DNA of 64,000 nucleotides from Candidatus Moraniibacteriota bacterium (GTDB lineage Bacteria; Patescibacteriota; Minisyncoccia; Moranbacterales; UBA1568): NCBI GenBank assembly GCA_963778555.1, contig CAVZUR010000003.1, positions 117,704 to 181,703 of the forward strand, read 5' to 3'. Shown piece by piece: positions 55,145 to 64,000 of this stretch (position 1 is its first letter; each line of letters starts with the position of its first letter). The notes under the pieces were generated by a model. It saw only the letters and a program-made list of their open reading frames with translations, ran no database searches and was not told where the DNA came from. The position numbers and the translations under genes were made by a program.

Positions 55145-55738
55145 TTATGCCGTCTGGACAGGGGTACCCTTCCGAGAAGCTTGAACCACTCGGTCGATTT
55201 CCTCGTCTCGCTCGGTCCGAAGCCGCTCCATAATGACGTCCTTCACGTGATACGGATCAGGCACGCGACGGAAGAGAAAGAGATCTTCTTCGGAAGCCGT
55301 CTGGACCTTTACGTCCCCAAAATTGAGAATAGTTGGAATCATGCCATGCACTTCCGAAGTCACATCCTGGATGCGTGAAAATTTCAGCTCGCTCACCGAG
55401 CGGACAAAGAGGCCCTTTTGTTCGATATTTATGACGCGTTCGCTGGTGATGATCCAAACGTCGAAGAAATAATCGATCCACACGAGAAACGCATAGAGCC
55501 ACAGAAGGAGCATGATTGAGTTTTGGATGAAGAGCGCGAAACGTCCCACCTCAGCTCCGAGCCAATTCGGATACATGAGCGGCAACAGAGCGAGGCTGCC
55601 GAACAGGAGCCCCAGGAAGAGAACAATGATGATGAAATGGGTGAGGATATCGAACCAGTGGCGGTGAATGACGCGCAGAATCTCCTCGCTTTCGCGCTGT
55701 CCCTGGAAATGGTAGCGGCTGAAGTCGTGGCTGATCAT
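55145..55738 (-). CDS. membrane protein with bacterial PH domain (bPH_2/YdbT-like)
   Basis: Two TM helices followed by a PH-like region (VINIEQKGLFVRSVSELKFSRIQDV). Confidence 0.55.
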   Translation of the reverse strand: MISHDFSRYHFQGQRESEEILRVIHRHWFDILTHFIIIVLFLGLLFGSLALLPLMYPNWLGAEVGRFALFIQNSIMLLLWLYAFLVWIDYFFDVWIITSERVINIEQKGLFVRSVSELKFSRIQDVTSEVHGMIPTILNFGDVKVQTASEEDLFLFRRVPDPYHVKDVIMERLRTERDEEIDRVVQASRKGTPVQTA

Positions 55739-55741
55739 AAC

Positions 55742-55963
55742 CTAGAAATTCGTTGGGATCAGGAGCGTATCGAGCGGGAGGCTGAGAAAAAGCAGGCTAT
55801 TTGACCAGAGCAGCACCGCCGTCACGACAACGAACAAACCGGTTATACCGACGGCGAGCTGGCGATTCAGTGAGTAGCGCGAGAGGTGGAACATGATGAA
55901 CAGGCTTGCGATAACGACGCAGAAAAAGAATATGAGGTACGCGATGCCGAACAAAAGATGCAT
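55742..55963 (-). CDS. small hydrophobic protein (2 TM), hypothetical
   Basis: A 73-aa ORF in an operon-like position. The call is weak. Confidence 0.3.
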   Translation of the reverse strand: MHLLFGIAYLIFFFCVVIASLFIMFHLSRYSLNRQLAVGITGLFVVVTAVLLWSNSLLFLSLPLDTLLIPTNF

Positions 55964-56030
55964 GTGTTTGTTTTCTCTAGTATATCACCACACCAAAGTT
56001 TTTGGTGTGGTGATATAGCGTTGCGCGAAC

Positions 56031-57071
56031 TTAGAGAAGCTTTTCTTCGATGCCGAAGGGTGGTTCGAGACCGAGATGGCGATAGCCTTCGGGCGTGACG
56101 ATGCGGCCGCGCGGTGTCCGACCAAGAAAACCAATCTGGATGAGGTAGGGTTCGATGACGTCTTCGATCGTGTGCATCTCTTCGCTCGTGACAGCGGAGA
56201 TTGCCTGCAGTCCGGCCGGCCCGCCTTTGAATTTATCGACGATGGCCTGAAGGACAGCCCGATCGGCCGGCTCGAGGCCGAGCTTGTCGATCTCAAACAG
56301 CGCCAAGGCCTCGCTGGCCACGGTGGCGGTGATGAGGCCGCCATGATGGACCTCGGCATAGTCACGCACGCGCTTCAGGATGCGATTCGCGACGCGCGGT
56401 GTGCGGCGACTCGCCCCGGCGATTTCTTTCGCTCCAAGCGTATCGAGCTGCACGCCGAGAATGCCGGCCGAGCGCTGAACGATCTCCTCAATTTCTTCGG
56501 CATTATAAAATTCTAGCCGGTGGATGGAGCCGAAGCGGTTGCGGAGCGGATTGGTGAGGGCGCCAAGCCGGGTGGTCGCGCCGATGAGGGTAAAGCGGGG
56601 GAGGTCGAGTTGGATGGTCCGGGCGGCCGGGCCTTTGCCGATGATGATATCGAGCTTGTAGTCCTCCATCGCCGGATAGAGTACTTCTTCGATAGATTTG
56701 TTCAGGCGATGGATCTCATCGATGAAGAAGACATCGCCGGGTTCAAGATTCGTCAGAATGCTGCCGAGGTCGCCGACACGTTCGATGGCTGGTCCGGAAG
56801 TCACCTTTATCCCCGCGCCCATTTCACGGGCGATGATATGCGCCAGTGTCGTCTTGCCGAGACCAGCCGGTCCGTAGAGGAGGACATGATCAATCGCCTC
56901 GCCACGTTGTTTAGCGGCTTGGATGAAAATTTCTAGATTCCTTTTCGTTTTTTCCTGGCCGATGTATTCACTGAATCCGCGGGGTCGGAGCGTGTTCTCG
57001 ATGACAACATCTTCTTCGGTGTGTTCGGTTGTGTTCAACATAGTCGGTTGATTTTGGCTTGAAAAAGCCAC
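56031..57071 (-). CDS. ruvB: Holliday junction ATP-dependent DNA helicase RuvB
   Basis: [22 protein letters not shown] with the sensor motifs. Confidence 0.9.
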   Translation of the reverse strand: MAFSSQNQPTMLNTTEHTEEDVVIENTLRPRGFSEYIGQEKTKRNLEIFIQAAKQRGEAIDHVLLYGPAGLGKTTLAHIIAREMGAGIKVTSGPAIERVGDLGSILTNLEPGDVFFIDEIHRLNKSIEEVLYPAMEDYKLDIIIGKGPAARTIQLDLPRFTLIGATTRLGALTNPLRNRFGSIHRLEFYNAEEIEEIVQRSAGILGVQLDTLGAKEIAGASRRTPRVANRILKRVRDYAEVHHGGLITATVASEALALFEIDKLGLEPADRAVLQAIVDKFKGGPAGLQAISAVTSEEMHTIEDVIEPYLIQIGFLGRTPRGRIVTPEGYRHLGLEPPFGIEEKLL

Positions 57072-57563
57072 AGCAAACCATTTTCAGTACTGCCATTCTA
57101 CCACTCCTTGACCGGGTTACAAATAATATGGCCTGAACGGGATCGGTTGTTCATTGCGTCCTACCCAGAATCGACTATAAGAGCCCAAATAAAGGATATT
57201 TCCGACTTGACAAGACTTTTATCCTATGCTATCCTGCTCCTTCAAAGAAAAACAAATAAACACACATTTCGGCCTTCCAGCAGCGCCGTTTTTTGTTGTC
57301 CTCGCGTCCTTTTGAAAATCCTCACATGTAGACAACTAGAGAGAGCTATCTTTTCTCTCTAGCTTAGGAGGGGTCTAGCTTCGGCTACAGTCAAGATCGG
57401 GTAAGGTGGTTCCGGCTGCGTTACACCTCGACACCAATCCATTCCCCGGGCTCCCATGCCCAGGGCCTTGTCTACAGGTGAGGATTTTTTTATTAGAAAA
57501 TTTTCTTTCACAACTCCCATCAGACGATGGCCGAATGTTCCCCGGTAGCGGAGCGAGGAGAGA

Positions 57564-57950
57564 ATGATGATTGTACGGGATTCTTTCTTCCGAGTGTTAC
57601 TTGGGGCAATTACGTTGGGGTGGACAGAGCGGCGACGGTATCGCCGACATTTTCCGACACATCTCGACGTCTTGAAGTACCTCCATCCCTTCCTTCCGAT
57701 GGAGCCCATAATATGCATGAGCCTGGCAATGTCACAAAAGGGTCAGGAGCTATCATGGGGCGACTTTGAGCGAGACTTGCAGCAGCTGCTGCATGAAGGC
57801 TTGATCACCAGCGCGGCGAGCGAACTGTCTACCGAAGCGGTAACGCTCGAAGCGTACATACTTACACCGGCCGGCCTTGCAAAACTCATCGAGCGCGGAG
57901 AAACCAGCGTGGCGCTCACTCTGCTCAAGATGCCACTGCCCGACGATTGA
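57564..57950 (+). CDS. hypothetical small protein
   Basis: A 128-aa ORF with a plausible helical C-terminal half. Confidence 0.3.
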   Translation: MMIVRDSFFRVLLGAITLGWTERRRYRRHFPTHLDVLKYLHPFLPMEPIICMSLAMSQKGQELSWGDFERDLQQLLHEGLITSAASELSTEAVTLEAYILTPAGLAKLIERGETSVALTLLKMPLPDD

Positions 57951-58190
57951 CCACTGAACTTGATTGCTCATTGCAACAAAGCCCGGTAGGTATAACTACC
58001 CGCCGGGCTTTGAAATTTTTATACCCAACCATCCTAGACCCCTCTATTGTTCGGGAGGTGTTTCGGATGTGGTTTTACTCGGCGTTTTAGCTTCTTCTGT
58101 CGAGGCAGTTTCAGCTGAGGGGGTTCGGATGTATCTGCAAGCTCAGCCCTGTTGGCTTCTCCTGTCGCATCGTTATCGAGTGCCTTATCA

Positions 58191-59912
58191 TCAAAGGTCG
58201 CATAAAACTCCCGGAGCGAATCGTCTTTTCCTGAAGCGGACCAGACCTCGTCCATAGTGGTGTAAGCCCTGGAGGACCTTGATCAGTCCGTCTTGCGCCA
58301 TCGTCACCATTCCACCTTTGACCGCTGTGTCGAAAATTTCCCGTTCCGTTGCCATATCCGCGATGAGGTCACGGATCTCTTGCGTCATCGAGAGCACTTC
58401 GAAGATACCTTTACGTCCGTAGTAGCCGGAGAAATTACAGTCGACGCAGCCTTTGGGCCGGTACAGCACTTCAATGGTTGAAAATTGCTTTATTTTGGAC
58501 TGGGCGGGAATTTGAGCGAGCAATTTTTCGATCGCCGCGATCGTGCTCATCGCTGGCACATAGGATTCTTTGCACTTTTCGCAGAGAATACGCACCAGCC
58601 GCTGCGCAATAATGATATTCAAGGCGGAAGCGATGAGCGATGGTTTTACACCGAGTTCCAACAAACGGGCCACGGTCGCGGCGGCATTGTTTGTGTGAAG
58701 TGTGGAAAGGACGAGGTGACCAGTGAGCGAGGCGGAGACGGCAACATCTGCTGTCTCGTCGTCTCGGATTTCGCCGACAAGGACGACATCCGGGTCCTGG
58801 CGGACGATAGCGCGGAGCGCGGCTGCAAAGGTGTAGTCGCGATCTTTCGAAACTTCGGTCTGGACGATGCCAGCGATATTGTATTCAATCGGGTCCTCGA
58901 CGGTGATGATCTTAATGGAGGGATTGTTAATCTTGTTGATGATGGAATAGAGCGTAGTTGTTTTTCCGGATCCCGTCGGACCGGTGTTGAGGATCATGCC
59001 GTTCGGTTTCTCGATCGCTTTCTGCACCTCTTCGAAGGCCCGACCGTAAATCCCGAGATTATTCATATCAACATTCACGTCTTCACTATTGAGGAGGCGC
59101 ATATTGATGTTCTCACCATGATTGCCCGGAATGAGCGAGATGCGGATATCAATCCGGTTCTCTCCGTTCACGATGGAGAAATGCCCGTCCTGTGCCCGGT
59201 CGCGCACATTGATGCGCATTCCGCCGAGCATCTTGATGCGCGAGAGCGCAAGCTGGTACATGTGATGCGGCAAGTCTCCGATGTCCTGGAGGAGACCGTC
59301 GATACGGTACCGGAGGCGAGCAGTCTTTTCGCCTGGTTCGATATGGACATCGCTGCCGCGCATTTTCGACGCGCCGGCGAGGATGATCTCGATGATCTGG
59401 GACGTCGAGACAGCGGAGCTATCTTTGCCGAGCGCAAGGAGGTCTCCGAAGTTTTTTTCAAAGTGCTCAAGATCATCACCTTTAAGGGTAACGCGGAGAA
59501 TGTCGAGGCTTTCGAGGAGCGGCTTATTGGAATAGCTCGACCAGACCTTTTCGAGCGATTGGCGCGACACGACGGAGAGGGTCATGCGCCAACCGTTCTC
59601 ATTCGAGATCTTTTGGAAGTATTCGAGTACGGCTGGATCCTCCGGATTCTCGAGGCCGACATAGACATGACTTCCATTTTTTCGAAATAGGGCCGCACCG
59701 AGCCGCTCGGCCTCTGCTTTCGGCAGCAAAGCGACGTCCTTTGGATCGGCGGGAAACAGGTGGAGATCAAGATAGGGAAGACCGAGGCGTTCAGCGAGGG
59801 CATGGGTGCGGTCCTCCATCGATTGCGCGCGGAGCTTTTTCAGGACATCTGTCGCATGCTGCGTCTTTTCATTGGCCGCGACAGGAATGATGCGCTTGCT
59901 GACTTTCGGCAT
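58191..59912 (-). CDS. pilB: type IV pilus/type II secretion assembly ATPase (PilB/GspE family)
   Basis: An N-terminal GSPII_E domain, Walker A NTGPTGSGKTTTLYS, Asp and His boxes, and a tetracysteine C-x2-C...C-x2-C. Confidence 0.85.
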   Translation of the reverse strand: MPKVSKRIIPVAANEKTQHATDVLKKLRAQSMEDRTHALAERLGLPYLDLHLFPADPKDVALLPKAEAERLGAALFRKNGSHVYVGLENPEDPAVLEYFQKISNENGWRMTLSVVSRQSLEKVWSSYSNKPLLESLDILRVTLKGDDLEHFEKNFGDLLALGKDSSAVSTSQIIEIILAGASKMRGSDVHIEPGEKTARLRYRIDGLLQDIGDLPHHMYQLALSRIKMLGGMRINVRDRAQDGHFSIVNGENRIDIRISLIPGNHGENINMRLLNSEDVNVDMNNLGIYGRAFEEVQKAIEKPNGMILNTGPTGSGKTTTLYSIINKINNPSIKIITVEDPIEYNIAGIVQTEVSKDRDYTFAAALRAIVRQDPDVVLVGEIRDDETADVAVSASLTGHLVLSTLHTNNAAATVARLLELGVKPSLIASALNIIIAQRLVRILCEKCKESYVPAMSTIAAIEKLLAQIPAQSKIKQFSTIEVLYRPKGCVDCNFSGYYGRKGIFEVLSMTQEIRDLIADMATEREIFDTAVKGGMVTMAQDGLIKVLQGLHHYGRGLVRFRKRRFAPGVLCDL

Positions 59913-60048
59913 AGGGGAGTGAAATGATGTTCTTTCCTCATCCTACCATTTTCCGGGCGAGACGGGCTATCACGAAAGGTGCAGCATCACACTGACATCC
60001 TAGGTATGACAAAAATACGGCGACGATAACACAGTGCTGACGTGTGCG

Positions 60049-61188
60049 CTATTTCCCCGTGGTCATGAGCCATTGCCGGACGACCTGCTCAGCGGTTTCG
60101 AAATTAGTCGCTGCCAGCGTTCCTTCGAGCAGGTCCCCGATGAGGCGGCTTTCAGGGAAAACGGAGAGCAGAAGTTCCAAACGGTCCTCCTGCTGGCTCT
60201 TGATGAGGACGCGCATTGCGACAGCACTTTCCTTGAAGAAGAGAGCGAAGATAGTGGCGCCGGCATAATTACTTCGGATCTTATCAAGCACGACGGGGAG
60301 GTCTTCACTTTTGGAGCGCGACTCGACGAGGTCCTCGAGGGTCACGGGCGCCCACATAAAGTGGAGGTCGTCATCCGAACGAATATTACTCATGATGCGA
60401 CCCCACAACTTCAGCGTGTGGAGCGGCTGCGTCTTGTAGAGATTCTTTACGATCTTCTGCTGATCGGCGCCATAGGCCATCAGAGTTGAGGCGAGGCGTA
60501 GCGTCTTCGGAGTAGTGTTCTTCTTTTGGAAGGAATCTGTGGCTGACATGATGCCCGTCAGGAGGGCTTCGGCGACTGCTTCATCGATGAACTCTTTCCC
60601 TACGGTTTCTATGAAATGTGCAGTGATCTCCGATGCCGACGAGGCCGTCACGTCGACGAGATTCAATTGGCCGAATTGCTCATTGTTTGAATGCCGGTCG
60701 ATATTGATTATTGGGACCTCGTAAAAAATGTCGGGATTCTGCTCATAGAGATGGCCGAGGCTCTCTTTATCCGGCACATCGACGGTGATGACGACATCGA
60801 ATTTATACTTGGCCAGGATGAAGGAAAAGTCACGCGGATCGATCGTGCCGCGCTCAGGGGTGAGGTGGATGCGCAGCTCGTTATCGTGCCGTTCGGTCCG
60901 GACGTTGAGGATGTTATTGTGTCCCGTGTTGAATGACAGAACGAAATCACGTGCGCCGGAAATCGCCGAGATCACCGTTTTGGGCCAACCGAGGAACGCC
61001 AAGTCTTCTCGTCGTTCTTCGATTCGTTCTGCCGCAAGCGTGGGCTCTTTTCCGAGAGCAGCAAGGAAGTGCGCAAGCGCGATGCCACTTGAAATCGCAT
61101 CACGGCTCGGTAAAGGAGGAAGCAAGATGAGTGGATGAGCGGCCGGTTTGAGGAGTTCGAGAAATTGAGCTTCTTTCGTGAGGGACAT
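60049..61188 (-). CDS. DHH/DHHA1-family phosphoesterase (NrnA-like), intact paralog with variant DHH motif (IDRHSN)
   Basis: The motifs DVVITVD, NIDRHSNNEQFG and GGGH-like DHHA1 (YAGATIFALF region) are present. Confidence 0.65.
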   Translation of the reverse strand: MSLTKEAQFLELLKPAAHPLILLPPLPSRDAISSGIALAHFLAALGKEPTLAAERIEERREDLAFLGWPKTVISAISGARDFVLSFNTGHNNILNVRTERHDNELRIHLTPERGTIDPRDFSFILAKYKFDVVITVDVPDKESLGHLYEQNPDIFYEVPIINIDRHSNNEQFGQLNLVDVTASSASEITAHFIETVGKEFIDEAVAEALLTGIMSATDSFQKKNTTPKTLRLASTLMAYGADQQKIVKNLYKTQPLHTLKLWGRIMSNIRSDDDLHFMWAPVTLEDLVESRSKSEDLPVVLDKIRSNYAGATIFALFFKESAVAMRVLIKSQQEDRLELLLSVFPESRLIGDLLEGTLAATNFETAEQVVRQWLMTTGK

Positions 61189-61336
61189 AATAGAGGGTAC
61201 TGGAGAAGTCCTCTACCGTAGCAGGATTCTTTCTGTGGGTCAAACCGTGTAACAGGGAGACAAACAGCGGTTTACTGGGCCGGGACAGGCCTCCCCAAAG
61301 TGCTAATTTTCCGCTAGAATAAAGGAAACTTTTCTC

Positions 61337-61783
61337 ATGGAAACCACCTATACCCGCTCCAAGGAAGCGACACGAGCGTTTGGAAAACATTTCGGGAACA
61401 CACTCACGCCGTTGTCGCTGGTGGCGCTGGAGGGCGAACTCGGGGCTGGGAAGACGACCCTCGTGCAAGGCATTCTTGAAGGTCTCGGGGCCGTACCGCC
61501 GTACCCTTCGCCAACGTTCGTCTTGATGAATCAGTATGAATTACCAGTGCCAACGGCGACTGGTATCCGGCGCGTCTATCATGTGGATGCGTATCGGGTC
61601 GGCTGGGAAGACTTTGAAAAGCTTGGATTCCTCGAATGGTGCGCTGATCCTGAAGGTGTCGTGCTCCTTGAGTGGCCGGAGCGACTCGGCGATTTCGTAC
61701 CGGCCTGGCGGACGAAGATTCAGTTGAAGCATGTTTCGGATTCGGAACGCTCGATTATAGTTTCAAACTTGGCAGCAGAATGA
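61337..61783 (+). CDS. tsaE: tRNA threonylcarbamoyladenosine biosynthesis protein TsaE (YjeE ATPase)
   Basis: ALEGELGAGKTTLVQGILEGLG is the Walker A motif. A 148-aa protein. Confidence 0.8.
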   Translation: METTYTRSKEATRAFGKHFGNTLTPLSLVALEGELGAGKTTLVQGILEGLGAVPPYPSPTFVLMNQYELPVPTATGIRRVYHVDAYRVGWEDFEKLGFLEWCADPEGVVLLEWPERLGDFVPAWRTKIQLKHVSDSERSIIVSNLAAE

Positions 61784-61798
61784 GCCACTGACAACCGT

Positions 61799-64000
61799 AT
61801 GGCCGACAAAAAAAAATTACTGGTGCTCATCGATGGGAATGCAATTATCCATCGGTCGTATCATGCCCTGCCGCCGATGGCGACAAAGTCTGGCGAGTCG
61901 GTGCACGCGGTCTACGGGTTCGCCATGACGCTGTTTTCAGTCATCGATAAATTCAAACCCGACTTCATCGCGGCTTCATTCGACCTGCCGGGGCCGACGT
62001 TTCGTGACGAACTATATGCGGACTATAAAGCGACACGGGCGAAGGCCCCGGATGACCTGTACGCGCAGATTCCAAAGGTGAAAGAATTGGTCCAAGCGAT
62101 GAATATCCCGATCTATGAGCTGTCGGGCTACGAGGCGGATGACTGTGTCGGCGCGCTGTCCAAACAGGGCGAGGCTGCCGGCGTCGATGTCGTGATCGTG
62201 ACGGGAGATGCGGATACGCTGCAGCTCGTCACCGACCGAGGTGAAAGTCTATACGCTCCGAAAAGGTCTGAAGGATATGGTGCTGTACGGTATCCCTGAG
62301 GTGACAGAGAAGTATGGATTTCCGCCGGAACGGCTCGTCGACTACAAGGGCTTGCGAGGGGATTCATCGGACAATATTCCCGGCGTGAAAGGTATCGGCG
62401 AAAAGGGCGCGACGGACCTGATTCGGGAATTTGGTTCGCTGGAGAGCATCTATACTGCACTTGAAGAGGTGAAACCGAAGGTGCGAGAGAAGCTTGAGAG
62501 TGAGAGAGAGATGGCGTTTCTTTCAAAAAAGCTTGGCACCATCGATACCGCTGCGCCGGTGACGCTCAGCCTCGATGCATGCGTCACACATGATTTCGAC
62601 CATACCAAGATTGAACACTTTCTCCGCTCGCTTGATTTTTACAGCCTCATGAAACGGATTCCTGGTGGAGAGAGAAAGAATCTAGAATCTGGAATCAAGA
62701 ATCAGGAAAAGACGAAGAAAAGAAAACAAAAAAAGATTGAAACCAAGGACGGGCTTGAATCATGGCTGGGGAGTGTCCAGAATGAGGCGCTCGCGATTGT
62801 ATTGCGCGAGAAAGAAGCCTCACTGTTCGGGAGCGCCGGTATCGAATCGGTCGGTTTAGCGACGGCTGTTGAGGGAGTCGAAGTCGCTTGGAATGAAACC
62901 ACCTACCACACTCTCAGCGCCTTTTTTGCCGATCCGAAGAAGAAAAAGATCACCATCAGCGGTAAAACACTTTCTCATGCGCTTGCAGAAGTTGACATGA
63001 CACTGTCGGGCGTGACGGATGATGTGCTGCTTTCAGCGTATATACTGCATGCTGGCCGACGAGCGGATATCGAATCGCTCGTCCTCGAGTATGCGGGCGC
63101 GGCGTGGTCGGGCCTCACTCTCTCCGAGCAAGCGAAGGCATTGTGTTCCGTGGCCAGCGATCTACGAAACAACCTCGAAGCCTTGGCCACTGAGCAGGGC
63201 GGGAAACACACGGTCATGACACTCCTGCGCGATATCGAATTACCACTCGTGCCGGTCTTGTTCGCGATGGAACGCACCGGCATACTGTTGGAGCCAGAAG
63301 TCTTCCAAAAGCTTTCCCAGGAAATCGACGCCTCGGTGAAGTCGCTGGAGAAAAAAGTCTACAAATATATTGGCAAGGAATTCAATCTGAACTCGCCGAA
63401 GCAGCTGGCTGAAGTTCTTTTCATTGACCTCGCGATACCGACCGAGGGGATCAAGAAGAACAAGACGGGCTACTCGACCGCCTCGCCTGAGCTCGAAAAA
63501 TTGCGCGCCGAGTATCCGATAATAAAACTGATCGAGGACTATCGCGAGCTTTTCAAGCTGAAGACGACGTATGTCGACGTGCTGCCGGGCTTGGTGCATG
63601 CTGACGGCCGTCTCCATACGACATTCCATCAGGATGTCGCATCAACTGGCCGACTCTCTTCAGTCGATCCGAATCTGCAGAATATCCCGATCCGCACTGA
63701 GTGGGGTACTCGTATCCGAACTGGTTTTATCGCTGCCCCTGGGAAAAAACTTGTCGGCGCCGACTACTCGCAGATTGAACTCCGTATCGCCGCGCATCTT
63801 TCAGGGGATGAGAACATGACGTGTGCGTTTCGCGAAGGCGAAGACATCCATCGGGCGACGGCCGCACTCGTACACGGACTCAAGCCGGCCGAAGTCAGCG
63901 ATAGCCTGCGGCGCGAAGCCAAAGCGCTCAATTTCGGCATCATTTATGGTATGGGGGCATATGGGCTTGCCCAGGCGACCGATATGGACCAGAAAACAGC
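61799..64000 (+). CDS. polA: DNA polymerase I (5'-3' exonuclease, 3'-5' exo-like, polymerase domains); the 3' end runs past the window; apparent +1 frameshift near 62246 (GACCGAGGTGAAAG)
   Basis: LVLIDGNAIIHRSYHA is the FEN/5'-exo region and GIGEKGATDLIREFGS is the HhH region. The polymerase motif RRQAKAINFGIIYGM (motif B in the draft notes) appears at the end. One extra G breaks the frame. Confidence 0.85.

Noticed and set aside
57400-57480. Possible RNase P RNA (rnpB) or SRP/4.5S RNA, suggested by the CCGGGCUCC...CAGGG stretch that resembles the RNase P P4 region
   Set aside because: The upstream sequence lacks the AGGAAAGUC P4 5' strand. The region is followed within 40 nt by a T-tract and then a plausible protein ORF, so there is no room for a 330-400 nt RNA. 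No GGAAGCAGCC SRP motif is present on either strand.
58485-59690. 401-aa plus-strand ORF
   Set aside because: It is antisense to the strongly supported PilB/GspE ATPase gene and has a low-complexity Asp/Arg-rich translation.

Overview
This 64 kb window is a bacterial chromosomal segment that includes the replication-origin neighbourhood (rpmH-rnpA-yidC-jag on the minus strand, dnaA-dnaN on the plus strand, with a perfect DnaA box and an AT-rich unwinding element between dnaA and dnaN). The gene content suggests a small-genome, Patescibacteria/CPR-like organism: a short YidC, no ruvA next to ruvB, many GT2 glycosyltransferases, and TrbC/VirB2-like Cys-rich pilins. This placement is tentative. 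Housekeeping genes are partial ftsH, rbfA, msrB-msrA, rplS, a RluA-family pseudouridine synthase, nrdA-nrdB, ruvC, yebC, ruvB, PBP1A, pilB/GspE, tsaE and partial polA. There are ten tRNAs, including a five-tRNA minus-strand cluster. Six things stand out. (1) A 5-gene minus-strand operon at 47.7-53.8 kb encodes a 7TM protein, a RimK-like ATP-grasp fused to a retropepsin-like DTGA aspartyl protease, a tandem double ATP-grasp ligase, a YdjC/ChbG deacetylase and a DUF1704 metallopeptidase with an HEIGTH motif. I read this as a candidate protein or peptide C-terminal tail ligation and trimming system. (2) Two adjacent paralogous Cys-rich secreted proteins share an exactly identical 347-bp TrbC/VirB2-pilin-like module. 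(3) An AT-rich, probably horizontally acquired, island next to tRNA genes carries a wzy-like membrane-protein gene that has five copies of a 14-bp palindrome, GTTCCACGTGGAAC, sitting in different reading frames. (4) A 1328-aa secreted protein (SGDH beta-propeller, PKD domain, five PA14 domains) is built on exact 810-bp tandem DNA repeats. (5) A surface-polysaccharide cluster (wzx, GT2s, O-antigen-ligase-like genes) shows decayed or frameshifted members. (6) Several single-base frameshifts, including one in polA, fall in short homopolymer or simple runs. That pattern suggests draft-assembly indel errors rather than true pseudogenes. No CRISPR array, rRNA, transposase or integrase was seen.
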